Assembly (NCBI RefSeq): GCF_009914755.1
Contig: NC_060931.1
DNA: 64,000 nucleotides
Source of the DNA: the human T2T-CHM13v2.0 reference genome, Homo sapiens
Direction: 5' to 3' (one strand)
A program made the position numbers and the translations under genes. Below, in pieces: positions 10,620 through 26,557 of this stretch. How positions within the stretch are numbered: the first letter of the stretch is position 1; each line of letters starts with the position of its first letter. A model generated the notes under the pieces. That model did not search any database and was not told the DNA's origin. It saw nothing but the letters and a program-made list of their open reading frames with translations.

Positions 10620-11636
10620 ATGGGGAAAAAACAGAACAGAAAAACTGGAAACTCTAAAAAGCAGAGCGCCTCTCCTCCTCCAAAGGAACACAGTTCCTCA
10701 CCAGCAACGGAACAAAGCTGGATGGAGAATGACTTTGACGAGCTGAGAGAAGAAGGCTTCAGACGATCAAATTACTCTGAGCTACGGGAGGACATTCAAA
10801 CCAAAGGCAAAGAAGTTGAAAACTTTGAAAAAAATTTAGAAGAATGTATAACTAGAATAACCAATACAGAGAAGTGCTTAAAGGAGCTGATGGAGCTGAA
10901 AACCAAGGCTCGAGAACTACGTGAAGAATGCAGAAGCCTCAGGAGCCAATGCGATCAACTGGAAGAAAGGGTATCAGCAATGGAAGATGAAATGAATGAA
11001 ATGAAGCGAGATGGTAAGTTTAGAGAAAAAAGAATAAAAAGAAATGAGCAAAGCCTCCAAGAAATATGGGACTATGTGAAAAGACCAAATCTGTGTCTGA
11101 TTGGTGTACCTGAAAGTGATGGGGAGAATGGAACCAAGTTGGAAAACACTCTGCAGGATATTATCCAGGAGAACCTCCCCAATCTAGCAAGGCAGGCCAA
11201 CGTTCAGATTCAGGAAATACAGAGAATGCCACAAAGATACTCCTCGAGAAGAGCAACTCCAAGACACATAATTGTCAGATTCACCAAAGTTGAAATGAAG
11301 GAAAAAATGTTAAGGGCAGCCAGAGAGGAAGGTCGGGTTACCCTCAAAGGGAAGCCCATCAGACTAACAGCTGATCTCTCGGCAGAAACCCTACAAGCCA
11401 GGAGAGAGTGGGGGCCAATATTCAACATTCTTAAGGAAAAGAATTTTCAACCCAGAATTTCATATCCAGCCAAACTAAGCTTCATAAGTGAAGGAGAAAT
11501 AAAATACTTTACAGACAAGCAAATGCTGAGAGATTTTGTCACCACCAGGCCTGCCCTAAAAGAGCTCCTGAAGGAAGCGCTAAACATGGAAAGGAACAAC
11601 GGGTACCAGCCGCTGCAAAATCATGCCAAAGTGTAA
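10620..11636 (+). CDS. ORF1: LINE-1 ORF1p (RNA-binding nucleic-acid chaperone), full-length 338 aa
   Basis: MGKKQNRKTG start, coiled coil, RRM, ARREW and YPAKLS motifs. The frame is open. Confidence 0.95.
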   Translation: MGKKQNRKTGNSKKQSASPPPKEHSSSPATEQSWMENDFDELREEGFRRSNYSELREDIQTKGKEVENFEKNLEECITRITNTEKCLKELMELKTKARELREECRSLRSQCDQLEERVSAMEDEMNEMKRDGKFREKRIKRNEQSLQEIWDYVKRPNLCLIGVPESDGENGTKLENTLQDIIQENLPNLARQANVQIQEIQRMPQRYSSRRATPRHIIVRFTKVEMKEKMLRAAREEGRVTLKGKPIRLTADLSAETLQARREWGPIFNILKEKNFQPRISYPAKLSFISEGEIKYFTDKQMLRDFVTTRPALKELLKEALNMERNNGYQPLQNHAKV

Positions 11637-11699
11637 AGACCATCGAGACTAGGAAGAAACTGCATCAACTAACGAGAAAAATAACCAGCTGACAGCATA

Positions 11700-15521
<3,822 letters not shown>

Positions 15522-16324
15522 ACAATGAGATCACATGGACACAGGAAGGGGAATATCACACTCTGGGGACTGTTGTGGAGTGGGGGCAGGGGGGAGGGAT
15601 AGCATTGGGAGATACACCTAATGCTAGATGACGAGTTAGTGGGTGCAGCGCACCAACATGGCACATGTATACGTATGTAACTAACCTGCACAATGTGCAC
15701 ATGTACCCTAAAACTTAAAATATAATAAAAAATAAATAAAAATAAAAAAAATTAAATTTTCCAGGGGATTATATAAAGAATTGATTAATTTAACTGAAAG
15801 CTTAGTGAACTTGGTTAACTGTCTCTTAGAGTTATGCTAATTTTTACATAATGTTTATTATTTAGTATAAAGCTAGAGGCAAAAATAATTTCAGAGAATT
15901 ATTAACTCATAATTTAATAACTTAGTCATGCCACATGCGCCTGTTTTTTATACGTGACCGAGATGCCTATGTGAACTCAGAGATGTAGTAAGCTCCTATA
16001 TTTCAAGCATAGGGTAGGAAAGGACCTCATTTTTATTTGCTACATCTGAGGTTTATGCAGTATTTGTTGTGGCTATTACTACAATTTTAAATCAAAATTT
16101 GGTGTCAAAATTTATGATGTCATGTTTCTCCTTCTGCATTGTGTTGTCATCTTCACCTAAGATGAAAGAAACCAAGAAGTAGCCAATAAAAACAGATTTC
16201 AGGTATACACTACTGAGTATCTCAGCAACCTCTTTTAATACAATATCAGTAGCTTTAAGAAATATATCATCTAGTTTAAGATCTAGAATAGCAAAGCATC
16301 ATTTTTTTAAAAAAGAACAAATTT

Positions 16325-16770
16325 TATTTTTAAAGCAGTTCTACTTTTACAGCAAAATTGAGCAGGAAGTACATATACACACTGTCCCCACAGATTCTCC
16401 CACAATCAACATTTAGCTCCACACTGGTGCGTTTGTTACACCAATAAGTCTACACTGACACCATGATCAACCAACGTTCATAGTGTAGACCCAGGTTCAC
16501 TCTTGGTGTTGTACAATCTATGGATTTAACAAATGGATAATGAAATTATTTGCTAAAATAGTATCATAAAAAATAGTTTCACTGTCCTGAAAACCTTCTA
16601 TGCTCCACCTACTCATCCCTCCCTACTTGCTAATTCCTAAGAAATACTGATTTTTTACTGTCTCCATAATTTTATTTTTTCTAGAATGTCATATAGTTGG
16701 AATCATATAGCATTAATATTGCCTGTTTAGATTGGCTTATCTCACTTAGTAAAATGCATTTAAGTATTGA
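16325..16770 (-). mobile_element. L1MC1/2-like 3' end, antisense
   Basis: acagcaaaattgagcaggaagtac and ggttcactcttggtgttgtacaatctatgg. It is the reverse complement of the 3'UTR type seen at 8.7-8.9 kb. Confidence 0.8.
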
Positions 16771-17493
16771 TAGAATTGATATTTTGAAAATAATTAAGAA
16801 AAAATGTAATATAAGAGAAGCAAAGTAAAGGAATTCAGTTTCAAATTTTACCCAAAACCATCCCTACTCTTCTTGCTTCTTTAAATACTGCTCACAAAAT
16901 GAGACCCAGGACATAACAATATGAAGCTTAAAGGAAGGTCAGTTCACATTTTATTTTTATTTACTTTCTTTAACCGAGGATTGTAAAAAGCCAGTCATCG
17001 GTATTAGACACCTGGGAATTATATTTGGTGCTTCTGTGCTCTCCCTTCCGTTATCAAATTGTCACCAAATCCTGTCTCTTCTACTTATCTAGCAGTTCCC
17101 ATTCTCTGTAGACTAACTTTTCCTCCTGCAGTTTATTTTCTCATTTTTTCTCATATAAGGGACATAATTTCATTACTCTAAATATTCTTTCTTTCTGCAT
17201 GTATTTTCCCCTTCTATCTTTGGCATTGCTCTTATAGTTAGCTAGCTAAAAATCAAAGCCAATATTGCCACTAACTTAATGAAAATAGCAGAAAATCAGC
17301 ATAATGTACAATGTTCTTAATAATTTGACTGTTTTGCCCTTCATTGTTTATATCCAACCCTTACCTATAGACATATTAAATTGCCTGAGGTTTTAGGATA
17401 TTCCATGTTCATGAGTTTATATTTGATGTTTAATTTTAAAATGCAAACTTCATTCCCTTTATCCACTTAGTGTACTCTTATTTATCAAATATA

Positions 17494-20250
17494 CATTCAT
17501 TCAATTAGTCAACAAGTACTTACTGAAAACTTGCTCTGTGCCAATCACTGTCCTTATCCTGGGGCTATCAAGATGGAACAAGACAGCACAAGATTTAAAA
17601 AAAACCAACAGCAACAACATTAAAATAATGGTGCTTACATTCTAGTGTGGGAAACAAAAATAAATAACAGTAAAAATAATCATATAATTATATAGTTTCA
17701 TATAATACTAGAAAGTCACTAAATCCTATGATAGAGAATATCTGTGAGCATCTGAGAGACTATATTTGATAGAATGTTTGGGAAAAAGTTTACTGTTAAT
17801 TGAGCTTACAACTAAATAATAAAAAAATAGCCCCGAAGAATTGAGGGCCAAACCATATAGGCAGACAGAAATATATAGACAACCCCAATACATAGGCCCT
17901 TGATGCATGAGGGGGTCAAACTTGTGCTAGAATTGAAGACAGGCTGTGATTGGGTATAGCTATGGAGGGGGAGTGGTATGGGATAAGATTATAAAAGAAA
18001 ACAAAAGACAGATTATGCAAAATCCTGTGGAACATCATAAGGGATTTACATTTTGCTCCAACTGCAAATGAAAGCCTTTGGAGACCTTTAGGGACAAGAT
18101 GATCTGATTTATATGTTAGTGGATATTCAAACTGATTTATAGAGAATGAATGGAAGGTGAAAAAAAAGAAATGAGGAAATCAGTTTGTAAGTGATTAAAA
18201 GTAGCTTAAGAAAGAGATGGAAATGACTGGAGCCAAGCTAGTGGCAGCCAAGATAGAAATGCATAGATATGAAATATATTACAAAGGTAGATATTAAAAA
18301 TCCTCATGGTGCCATAAATCTGAAAGATAATACAGAAGGTATGCGGTGTCAAAAGGCGAATTATATCAAAAATAACTCTCAGTTTTATGGGTATGGTAAG
18401 TGGGTAAACTATACATTATTATTATTATTATTATAGTTATTATTATTATTACTATTATTATTTTGAGACGGAGTCTCACTTTTTCGCCCAGGCTGGAGTG
18501 CAGTGGCGCCATCTCGTCTCACTGCAAGCTCCGCCTCCCGGGTTCACGCCATTCTCCTGCCTCAACCTCCCGAGGAGCTGGGACTACAAGCACCTGCCGC
18601 CACGCCCGGCTAATTTTTGGTATTTTTAGTAGAGACAGGGTTTCACCGTGTTAGCCAGGATGGTCTCGATCTCCTGACCTCGTGATCCGCCCCTCTCGGC
18701 CTCTGAAAGTGCTGGGATTACAGGCATGAGCCACTGCACCCAGCCGATCATACATTATTTTTTAAATGAGGAATAATGGGGGAAAATCAGGTTGAGCTTT
18801 AATCAAGAGTTTTGTTTTGGATAATTTAACTTTTAATTTCCCTTAAGGTATTCTACTCAAAGTATCCAAACAGCAGTTAATTCTATAAATTTGGGTTTCT
18901 CAAATGAGGTCTTTGTCAGAGAAGGAAAATTGCAAGATAGCAGCATGTAGCTTTATTTAAAGATGTGGGAATCTCTCCCAGTTAGAGAATGCAAATAAAT
19001 ATGACAGGAGGTCAAGACCATATTTCAAGGAGATTTAATATGTATAATTTGGAGGCAAATCAAAAGAGTAAACTATAAGAGAGAAGATAATCTCAAGAAA
19101 GAACAGAATGTCAAACTCTGTTATGTATTCACAACGTCAAAGAGGATGATGACCAAATAATGTCATTTGAATTTGTGAATAAGGACATCATCAGAGGCTG
19201 TCATCCCAGTGAAGTTATATAAACTGAAAGTAGACTTGGTTGTGTTGAAGAACAAAGGAGAAGTTTTAAAATGTGTTAAAGAATAAATGAGAATTTGTTA
19301 AAAGGAGTCAAGATGTATGAGGCACTTTTAAGAGAATTTCTTTTTGAGAAGGAGATAAAAATCAGCACTATCTGGAGGATGATACAGATAGAAAGAAATA
19401 TTTATAGAAGGTGTATTCTGACATAATAGAATTTATGGTGTATGCTAATGGTATTGCCTCATTAGAAAGGATAAATGTGAAGATTCTGGGAAATGTTAGT
19501 AAAAACACATGGCCTGCACTTTCCTTTGTTGGATGGTGGGGTATTTCCCACTTGGGAAACAGGTAGCTGCATGTTGACTTACAGGTTTGGTTTTAAAAAG
19601 ATGAAGGAATTCATGTTTGAAGTATAAAGCCATTAGCCACAAGGTTGAGTGAGAAAAGGGAGTGTTCAAGGTTCAGAGACATCATTTTGATTATTAAAGA
19701 AGCTCTTGAAATTGTTTAAGGTGTCGATCTTGAGTGTAGAAGAGGTATGAGGAGAAGAAAGAAAATATAATCTATTTACCTTAGAGGGTGGGAATGTAAA
19801 AGCTTACTAAAAAGATACAGTAGGACCTCTGTCTGGTATTGTTGACCATAGGCCCTGGCAATGACCTCCGAATTTCATGAATAAAATTTATGATCATGAA
19901 TTTAAAGTAAAGTCAATTATATCAGCTTCTTACAAGAATTATTTAAAGTCTAAGATGTAAGCCCAGAAGAGATGGATAATTGGGTTCAGGCTCAATTGGG
20001 TTTCTGTTACATAAAAGGAGACAAGGGCATTAAGGCTATTTTCAATGTTGTGATTATATTAACAGATCATGGAATTTTAAGCTGGTCAAGAAAAAGAGAG
20101 GAAGTTGATGAATAGTGAAAAAAATTGTGAGCTCAAGATCGTGAATATCTGAACAACTATGGTACTCCGGAGTGCAAGAATATGTGAACTGCAAAAATAA
20201 AATTACTGGGTCAAATAATAAGATGAACAATTGGAGATCATAGATGTGAT
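17494..20250 (-). mobile_element. Degraded L2 element(s), interrupted by AluY
   Basis: Starts with the L2 terminal motif cattcattcaattagtcaacaagtactttactg, followed by a long purine-rich degenerate L2 body. Boundaries are approximate. Confidence 0.6.
18421..18745 (-). mobile_element. AluY with (ATT)n-converted tail
   Basis: Diagnostic gcaagctccgcctcccgggttcacgccattc and ccgtgttagccaggatgg. TSD atacattatt at 18411-18420 and 18750-18759. Confidence 0.95.
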
Positions 20251-20319
20251 ATAATTTCTGATAATAATGGTTTTATTAGATATAATGATTAAGTGTTTAT
20301 GGCATAGAAACTAATGTAA

Positions 20320-20750
20320 CACACGGTTACTTATTGTCCCCTTATTTCTTTTGATAATAAGCCCTCCACTTTTCTTCAGAACACATGGAAGCAAAGCTAA
20401 AAACCTATGCTCTTCAGCATCCTTTATGTCATCCTTTGATCTTGAGAATGATTTGTGCAAGGTACAATGAGTAGAATTTATGTGGACAATTTCAAAGTAA
20501 TGTCTTATAAAAAGAAAACTCTCTGCCCTCTATGTACTAAGTTTCTCCTTCACTATGGACTAGTATGGGGACAAGGTGCTAGCGATTAAGCTTTGACCAT
20601 GCCAAGTAGGGCAAAACCTAAGGCATGAGAGGACAAAATTTAAAGAAATTTGGGTTCTCATATGGTATTGCATAACTGAGCCATAGTGTCAGCTGTAACT
20701 CTTATATGGAGCAAAAAGCTTCAAACTTTTTTGAGCTGTTGTATAGTATG
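20320..20750. mobile_element. Possible old ERVL LTR (LTR33/LTR16-like)
   Basis: Loose resemblance only. Confidence 0.35.
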
Positions 20751-21589
20751 GAGGAATGAGGCAGCTTACTCACTCAGGATTTACCTTTTGCAATGAAAGT
20801 GGCATCTTGATCAGATTAATGGATTAGCCAAAAAAAAAGAAAAAAAAAAAGAAGGAGAAGAAAAATAAGAAAGAAAAGAAAGGGACATCTCGAGGTAGCA
20901 GTCTGATGGGGTCTTGCATAGTAAAGTCAGCCTAAGAACACTCACTCAGTCCTACTCTGCATGATCCATTCAATGGCTACTTATTCCTTGCTCTTGTGGT
21001 CCTTCCAATATTACAGGTGTCAAGAGTAGTAATTATATGTTTGCCTGTTTGTACAGTGATGTTGTATGCCATTCAGGGGCAGAGACCCTGCTTGTTTTTC
21101 ATCTTTGTAACCTCAATGTCTAGCAAATGAAAAGAGTGATTCAATATATGTTTAAGTGCCAGAAATAACATAAAATTGTGCTAATTGTCAAAATAAACGT
21201 GAATGAGACACTTTCTATCCTCACAGACTTTACAGTGTAACTGCAAAACCATGAGTAAGGGCAGCCAGGAAGTGGTGTAGAAGTCCAGCTCAGAAAAAGG
21301 TTTATAATTATGTATGAATAAAAAAAGAAGCAGCTATTAATACTGAGGAACCATGGGATCCATACTCACATCCCATTCATTGCCTAATGTTGTGGTTTCC
21401 CATGACATCGCACATGCAGTATATCACTCCCAGTTGTGTTTCCCCTATTCAGATGATGCTTGCACCATCCCACTTTCTTCCAAAAGAACTTGGCAATTAC
21501 ATTGGATTCCTCCAACTCTTCCATCTGTAGCCACATGATTGGTTACTGAGTTCTGTAGTTCTTACCTTACAGATATTTTATAGGTCTGT

Positions 21590-22210
21590 GTGTGCCCTCA
21601 TGCTTCATTTCCAACACCACTTGTTTATTTCAGGCCCCTAATCTTTCTCCTGTAGATTATTTCATGTCTCTAGTTTCTGGACTCTATTATTTGTCCTCCA
21701 ATCACCTCCCCAAATTAATTTTTCACATTATTCCAGAATATCATATCTAAAATGTAAATATGACCATGTTAATCATCTGCCTCACAACTATAACAAGTTC
21801 TTGGTCAAATGACATATGACATTTATGATCCTCTCTGATTTAGCCCCCAATTCAGCTTCATCTACTCCCAGTATCTCTGGCCAATTTTTACATTTCAACA
21901 TTACTGAACTACCCCTAATTACCCATCATTATGTCCATGTTACTGTCTCTTTTGTTCTACGTCTTCCTGGAACTTCTTATAGTTCCCAGCAGGCTTCCCC
22001 ACTGCTCCCATTCTTGGCCTGCCTTACTCCTTATTAAAGCATTTCATTTTCCTGAAAGACTTCTATGTTCTTCTACAATACCCTGTGTATCTCACTACCT
22101 ATTGAAATATATATGAAACTATTTGATTACCTAGATGTCTTCTCTTCTAGAAAAGCTATTCAAAGTGTGTATGTAGCTTATTCATTGCTTAAATATAACA
22201 AATAAAATGT
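21590..22210 (+). mobile_element. Degraded L2 fragment
   Basis: Pyrimidine-rich L2-like body (tctaaaatgtaaatatgaccatgt, atgatcctctctgatttagcccc). Confidence 0.5.
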
Positions 22211-23892
22211 TTTCAAGGAATTCAATGAAAATATTTAAAATTCTTCATATAGCAACTATGAATTACAACATTAGATAAGAATTTATGTAGGCTCATTAAA
22301 TTTCAATGAAGACTTTTTATAAGGCATTTTCTAATGAGACTTTAGAAAATCTGGTTAGGATTGTTTCTGTGGTATTTTGTGTTGTTATTGTTGTTAAGTT
22401 CTACATTCATCAGAATTTGTTTAGAAAGAATCTTAAATCACATAGTTTTAGAATGCTAGTATGCAAGTATATTAAACTGTGATTTCTAGCATGAAAATTC
22501 CCAAAGAAACTTATATGTCTATTTTAGGAATTTTTGTCATCAGATTTCATAACACAAGGAGAAAAAATTTTGTTGAAAATATTTTTTGACAGTGTGTTTT
22601 GGATGGGTAAGGTTGCCAGTACAATACTGAGCAGAGGTAAAATTAAATAATGTCATTATGCTAAATGAAGCAAGTTGATCCATGAATAAGAATACATAAA
22701 TAGATTTTCCTCTCTATGCATAAGGGGGTAGGAGGAATGAATTAAAACTTTCAGGAGATGGGATTGGCTTGGGGGCAACACCCTGCATACCAGACATTAT
22801 TTTACAACGAAATCTTTATTTATGCTTTACCCTTGAAAATGTAAAATCCTCCTGCACGTTTTGGGTACAGAATGGCATGCCAGTCGAGCCCTGCGACACT
22901 GCTAAAAACACATTAGTAAAACAAGTTCTTGCTTGTTACGCTGATAAAATAACAACTTTGAGTGATGACTAAATGTTTCATTTTCCTTTCAAATATTTTG
23001 CTACTAACACATCCTTTTCTGAACTATGCCACAACACAACAGCACTGCGGAGCAACAGCATAGTTTTGTGTCTCTTAAATGGGGAGAGTGACCCCTTGTC
23101 CTCATTCTTAAAGAATCAACAGCACCTATTGAAATGATAAACTTTATCACTGACTGACAAGCTTCCACTTAAAAAATCTGTCTTCTTCAAAGGTAAATAT
23201 GACAACATATGCCCACTGTCCTGCCTGTCTCATAGTCCTGTTGTGTGAAGCTTTCTTTATTCAAAAGAAATTAAAATATGAACCCAAACATAAAGAACTA
23301 TACTCACATATATGATCAACATTTCTGTGTATACTTATAAATTATTAGATTAGAAGTGAAGTGGAATTATCTCCTGCAATGCATATTTACAAAGAGCTAT
23401 ATCTATATGAATTTTTATAGAGACTTTTTTTCATTGAGATAATCAAATAAGAATTTGAGATAACTGTTTTGCCTCATGGATCTCTAAATGTCCCCAAGTC
23501 ATCCAAAGTACTCCTTAGATATACAGAGAAATATCATAAAGCAATGATTCACAAAACAGAGAAAATACTCAGTATCAAATTAAAACCTATAAGGAGCAAA
23601 TGGTTCCTTAGAAATATGTTAATTAAGACAATAATAATTAAACAACCATGAGGTAACAATTTTTCATTAATGAAATTGCCAAAGGAAACAAAATTCCATA
23701 CTGTTGGTGAGAGTCTAATTAGACAGCCCTTGTAAAAAGCAATTTGCTAATATGAAACAGACATTAAAATATTTGTATTCTTAACCAAGTGATTCCAAAA
23801 GTGGTAGCTCCATCCTAAAAAAAGAGAAAAAGCTACACTATCATAATATTAATTACAATGTTAATTATTTTATGAGGGAAATGGAAATTAAA

Positions 23893-24030
<138 letters not shown>

Positions 24031-24070
24031 TTAACTTTAAGGCCCAAGATTGAAGGTGACTAAGTATGTT

Positions 24071-24329
24071 GCCCAGGAGTTTGAGACTAGTCTGGGCAAT
24101 ATAATGGGCAATATAATGGGACCTAATCTCTAAAATTATATAGATATTTAAAAATTAGCCCAGCAAGTTGGTGTGCACCTGTAGTCTCAGCTACTTGGGA
24201 GGCCAAGGTGGGAGGATCACTTGAGCCCAGGAGGCAGATGTTGCAGTAAGATGAGATTATACCCCTGCACTCCAGCCTGGGGGCAGAGCCACACCCTGTC
24301 TCAAAAAATAAAATAAAACAAAATAAAAG
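24071..24329 (+). mobile_element. 5'-truncated AluJ with internal 12-bp tandem duplication (tgggcaatataa x2)
   Basis: J-type ggaggatcacttgagcccagg and an A-rich tail. Confidence 0.85.
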
Positions 24330-26557
24330 TAATGCAATGAATCAATTCTTTACTTTCTCAAAGTTATGACAGGTGGTAATGGTACATGTTTAATAAGAAT
24401 AAATATTAAACAAAACAAAATATAAGCATAATTAGTAGAATGCAAATTTAAGGAATTAATTAACAGCATTTAATACTCAGTCATAAATGAATAATGACTA
24501 TGATTAAGTAAAACATATCTATGATGATGTGATAGCATTTAATCATCACTTATTTGATTTAACAAATTTTACATCCTTTTGTCAAATTCTGAAAATAGCT
24601 AATTTTACAATGTATTCCTTTGTTTTGAATTGAATGGGGAGAATAGAGCTAAACAGACTTCATCATCAACTTTTAAATTATATGTCCCTTTTATTTTTAA
24701 TTATTTCTATTCAATCTCTCACTTTTTCTCTTCCTCTGCCTTTACTTGTTTATTCTCTGTAGTCTGTAGTATAGTTCTGAAAGACTGTTACCTTCACACT
24801 ACACAGGTAAAGAAATTATTATACTCCTTTAGACAATACTCAAATACCACCAAATATTGTCAATAAAATATTACTTAAGAGCTTAAGTGTGTTTCTATTT
24901 TTGTTAATCAGTTTCTTTGTCTTGTAGTTTAGCTGGAAATGTTAGCTTTCTTACAAAGGTGAATAATGAGAATCAATAATATGTTCTACTAAAATACATA
25001 TTCTAATCCATAATCTATTATATCTTCACTTATAAGACTTGATATTTTGCAAACATGCATGAGGGAATATTTTTACCAAAAAAAATGCTTACTGCTGGGA
25101 AATACAGTAAATGCTATCCCTGTTGTTAATGTCTGCATTTTAATTTTGTATATATACATCAGATTTATGTTTTTGTTTCATAGGGATCTCTAGCAAGATG
25201 GAAAACAGCAACAATAATCAGATAATATCAATAATTGTGTTTATATTCACTAATATCAAGATATCTAACTGCTCTTTCAAAGTCCTTTGAGAACTCCCTC
25301 AAGGCTTCAGAAAGTTCACATTTTTTTGCTTTGTTGAACTGTGGCAGGTTACTGGCCATAATAAGGACCCAGTGTAGAATTCAGGGATCTACTCCTAATT
25401 CTCAGGAGTACATTTCACATCATACCCTATTTACCTAAGTCTCATCTCTCTGGATCACAAGCCAAAGTATCAAAGAGTGAGATTTAGTTTATAAGCATCT
25501 TTGAAATACATACTCGTGTTGAGTCATTATCTTCACAGACCTACAGAATGTAGGAGTTAAAGATTATCGAGATCAATCTACCATTCAACAGACAAAAAAA
25601 TTAAAACTCAGAAGAGGTGAAGCTTGCTGCTTTTTTAATTAAAAGCTATAAATTTTTTTTGAAAAGAAATGTTTTATTTTTAAAAGAAAACATTAGTATT
25701 GTTCTCCAAATATTTTTTCCTAAATATACATATATATATGTATCTAAATAAGTGATATAAACCACTTGAAAGATAACTATTTCTCACATAAATAATTTAA
25801 AAGGGAGCACAAGGGTCAACCATCTATTTTTTTTAGTTCTCAGAGTTAATGGCTTAATGGGTTATCATATTTATGATTGTAGTCAGCATCTTTTTGTTTT
25901 TTTTTTTTAGATCTATCCATTATCTATTATCCATCCATTCTCCAAACTTATTCATCCCAGTTAGATTCAGTCTTGGCAGAGGGTTTGTCATGCCTCTAAA
26001 GCTAAGCCAATTTGACTCTTTTTGGAATTTAATTCTCATGTTATTATCTTGGTAAGAGGCCATAATTTTTTTCTCCTCAGGTGCTGACTTCTTTACCTCA
26101 CCACAACTTTATATTGAGTAGTAAGTAAGTCATGCATTACTTTCTGTGGAGTGTCACTTCTCAATTCCCTAGGAAATCTCTTTCTATGGTACTTTAAACA
26201 TCTCACTTTAGCCCCAGCTATTAACAGTAACTGTTAATTTGTAGTTATTGTAACTGTGATGTTTCTTCACATTTTCATGAGTCAACGCAAATTTTCACTA
26301 AATAATATATTTATGTTAATACATCTCAATTCATTGATTTTTTTCAATTTTCAGAAATGTTTTCTCCAATGTGAGACTTAAATATTCACTTCAGGTGTGA
26401 ATTTACTAACACCTGCTTATGATGCTTATGTTTAGTTAATTCAGAAAATGTTAATGATTCATAAACTGGCATAATTTTAAATACTTGTAAGGTGTTGATA
26501 AAAATAATCTTTATTAAGTATTTTAATATTCAGCTCCTCAAAAGTAAATACGTGAAA

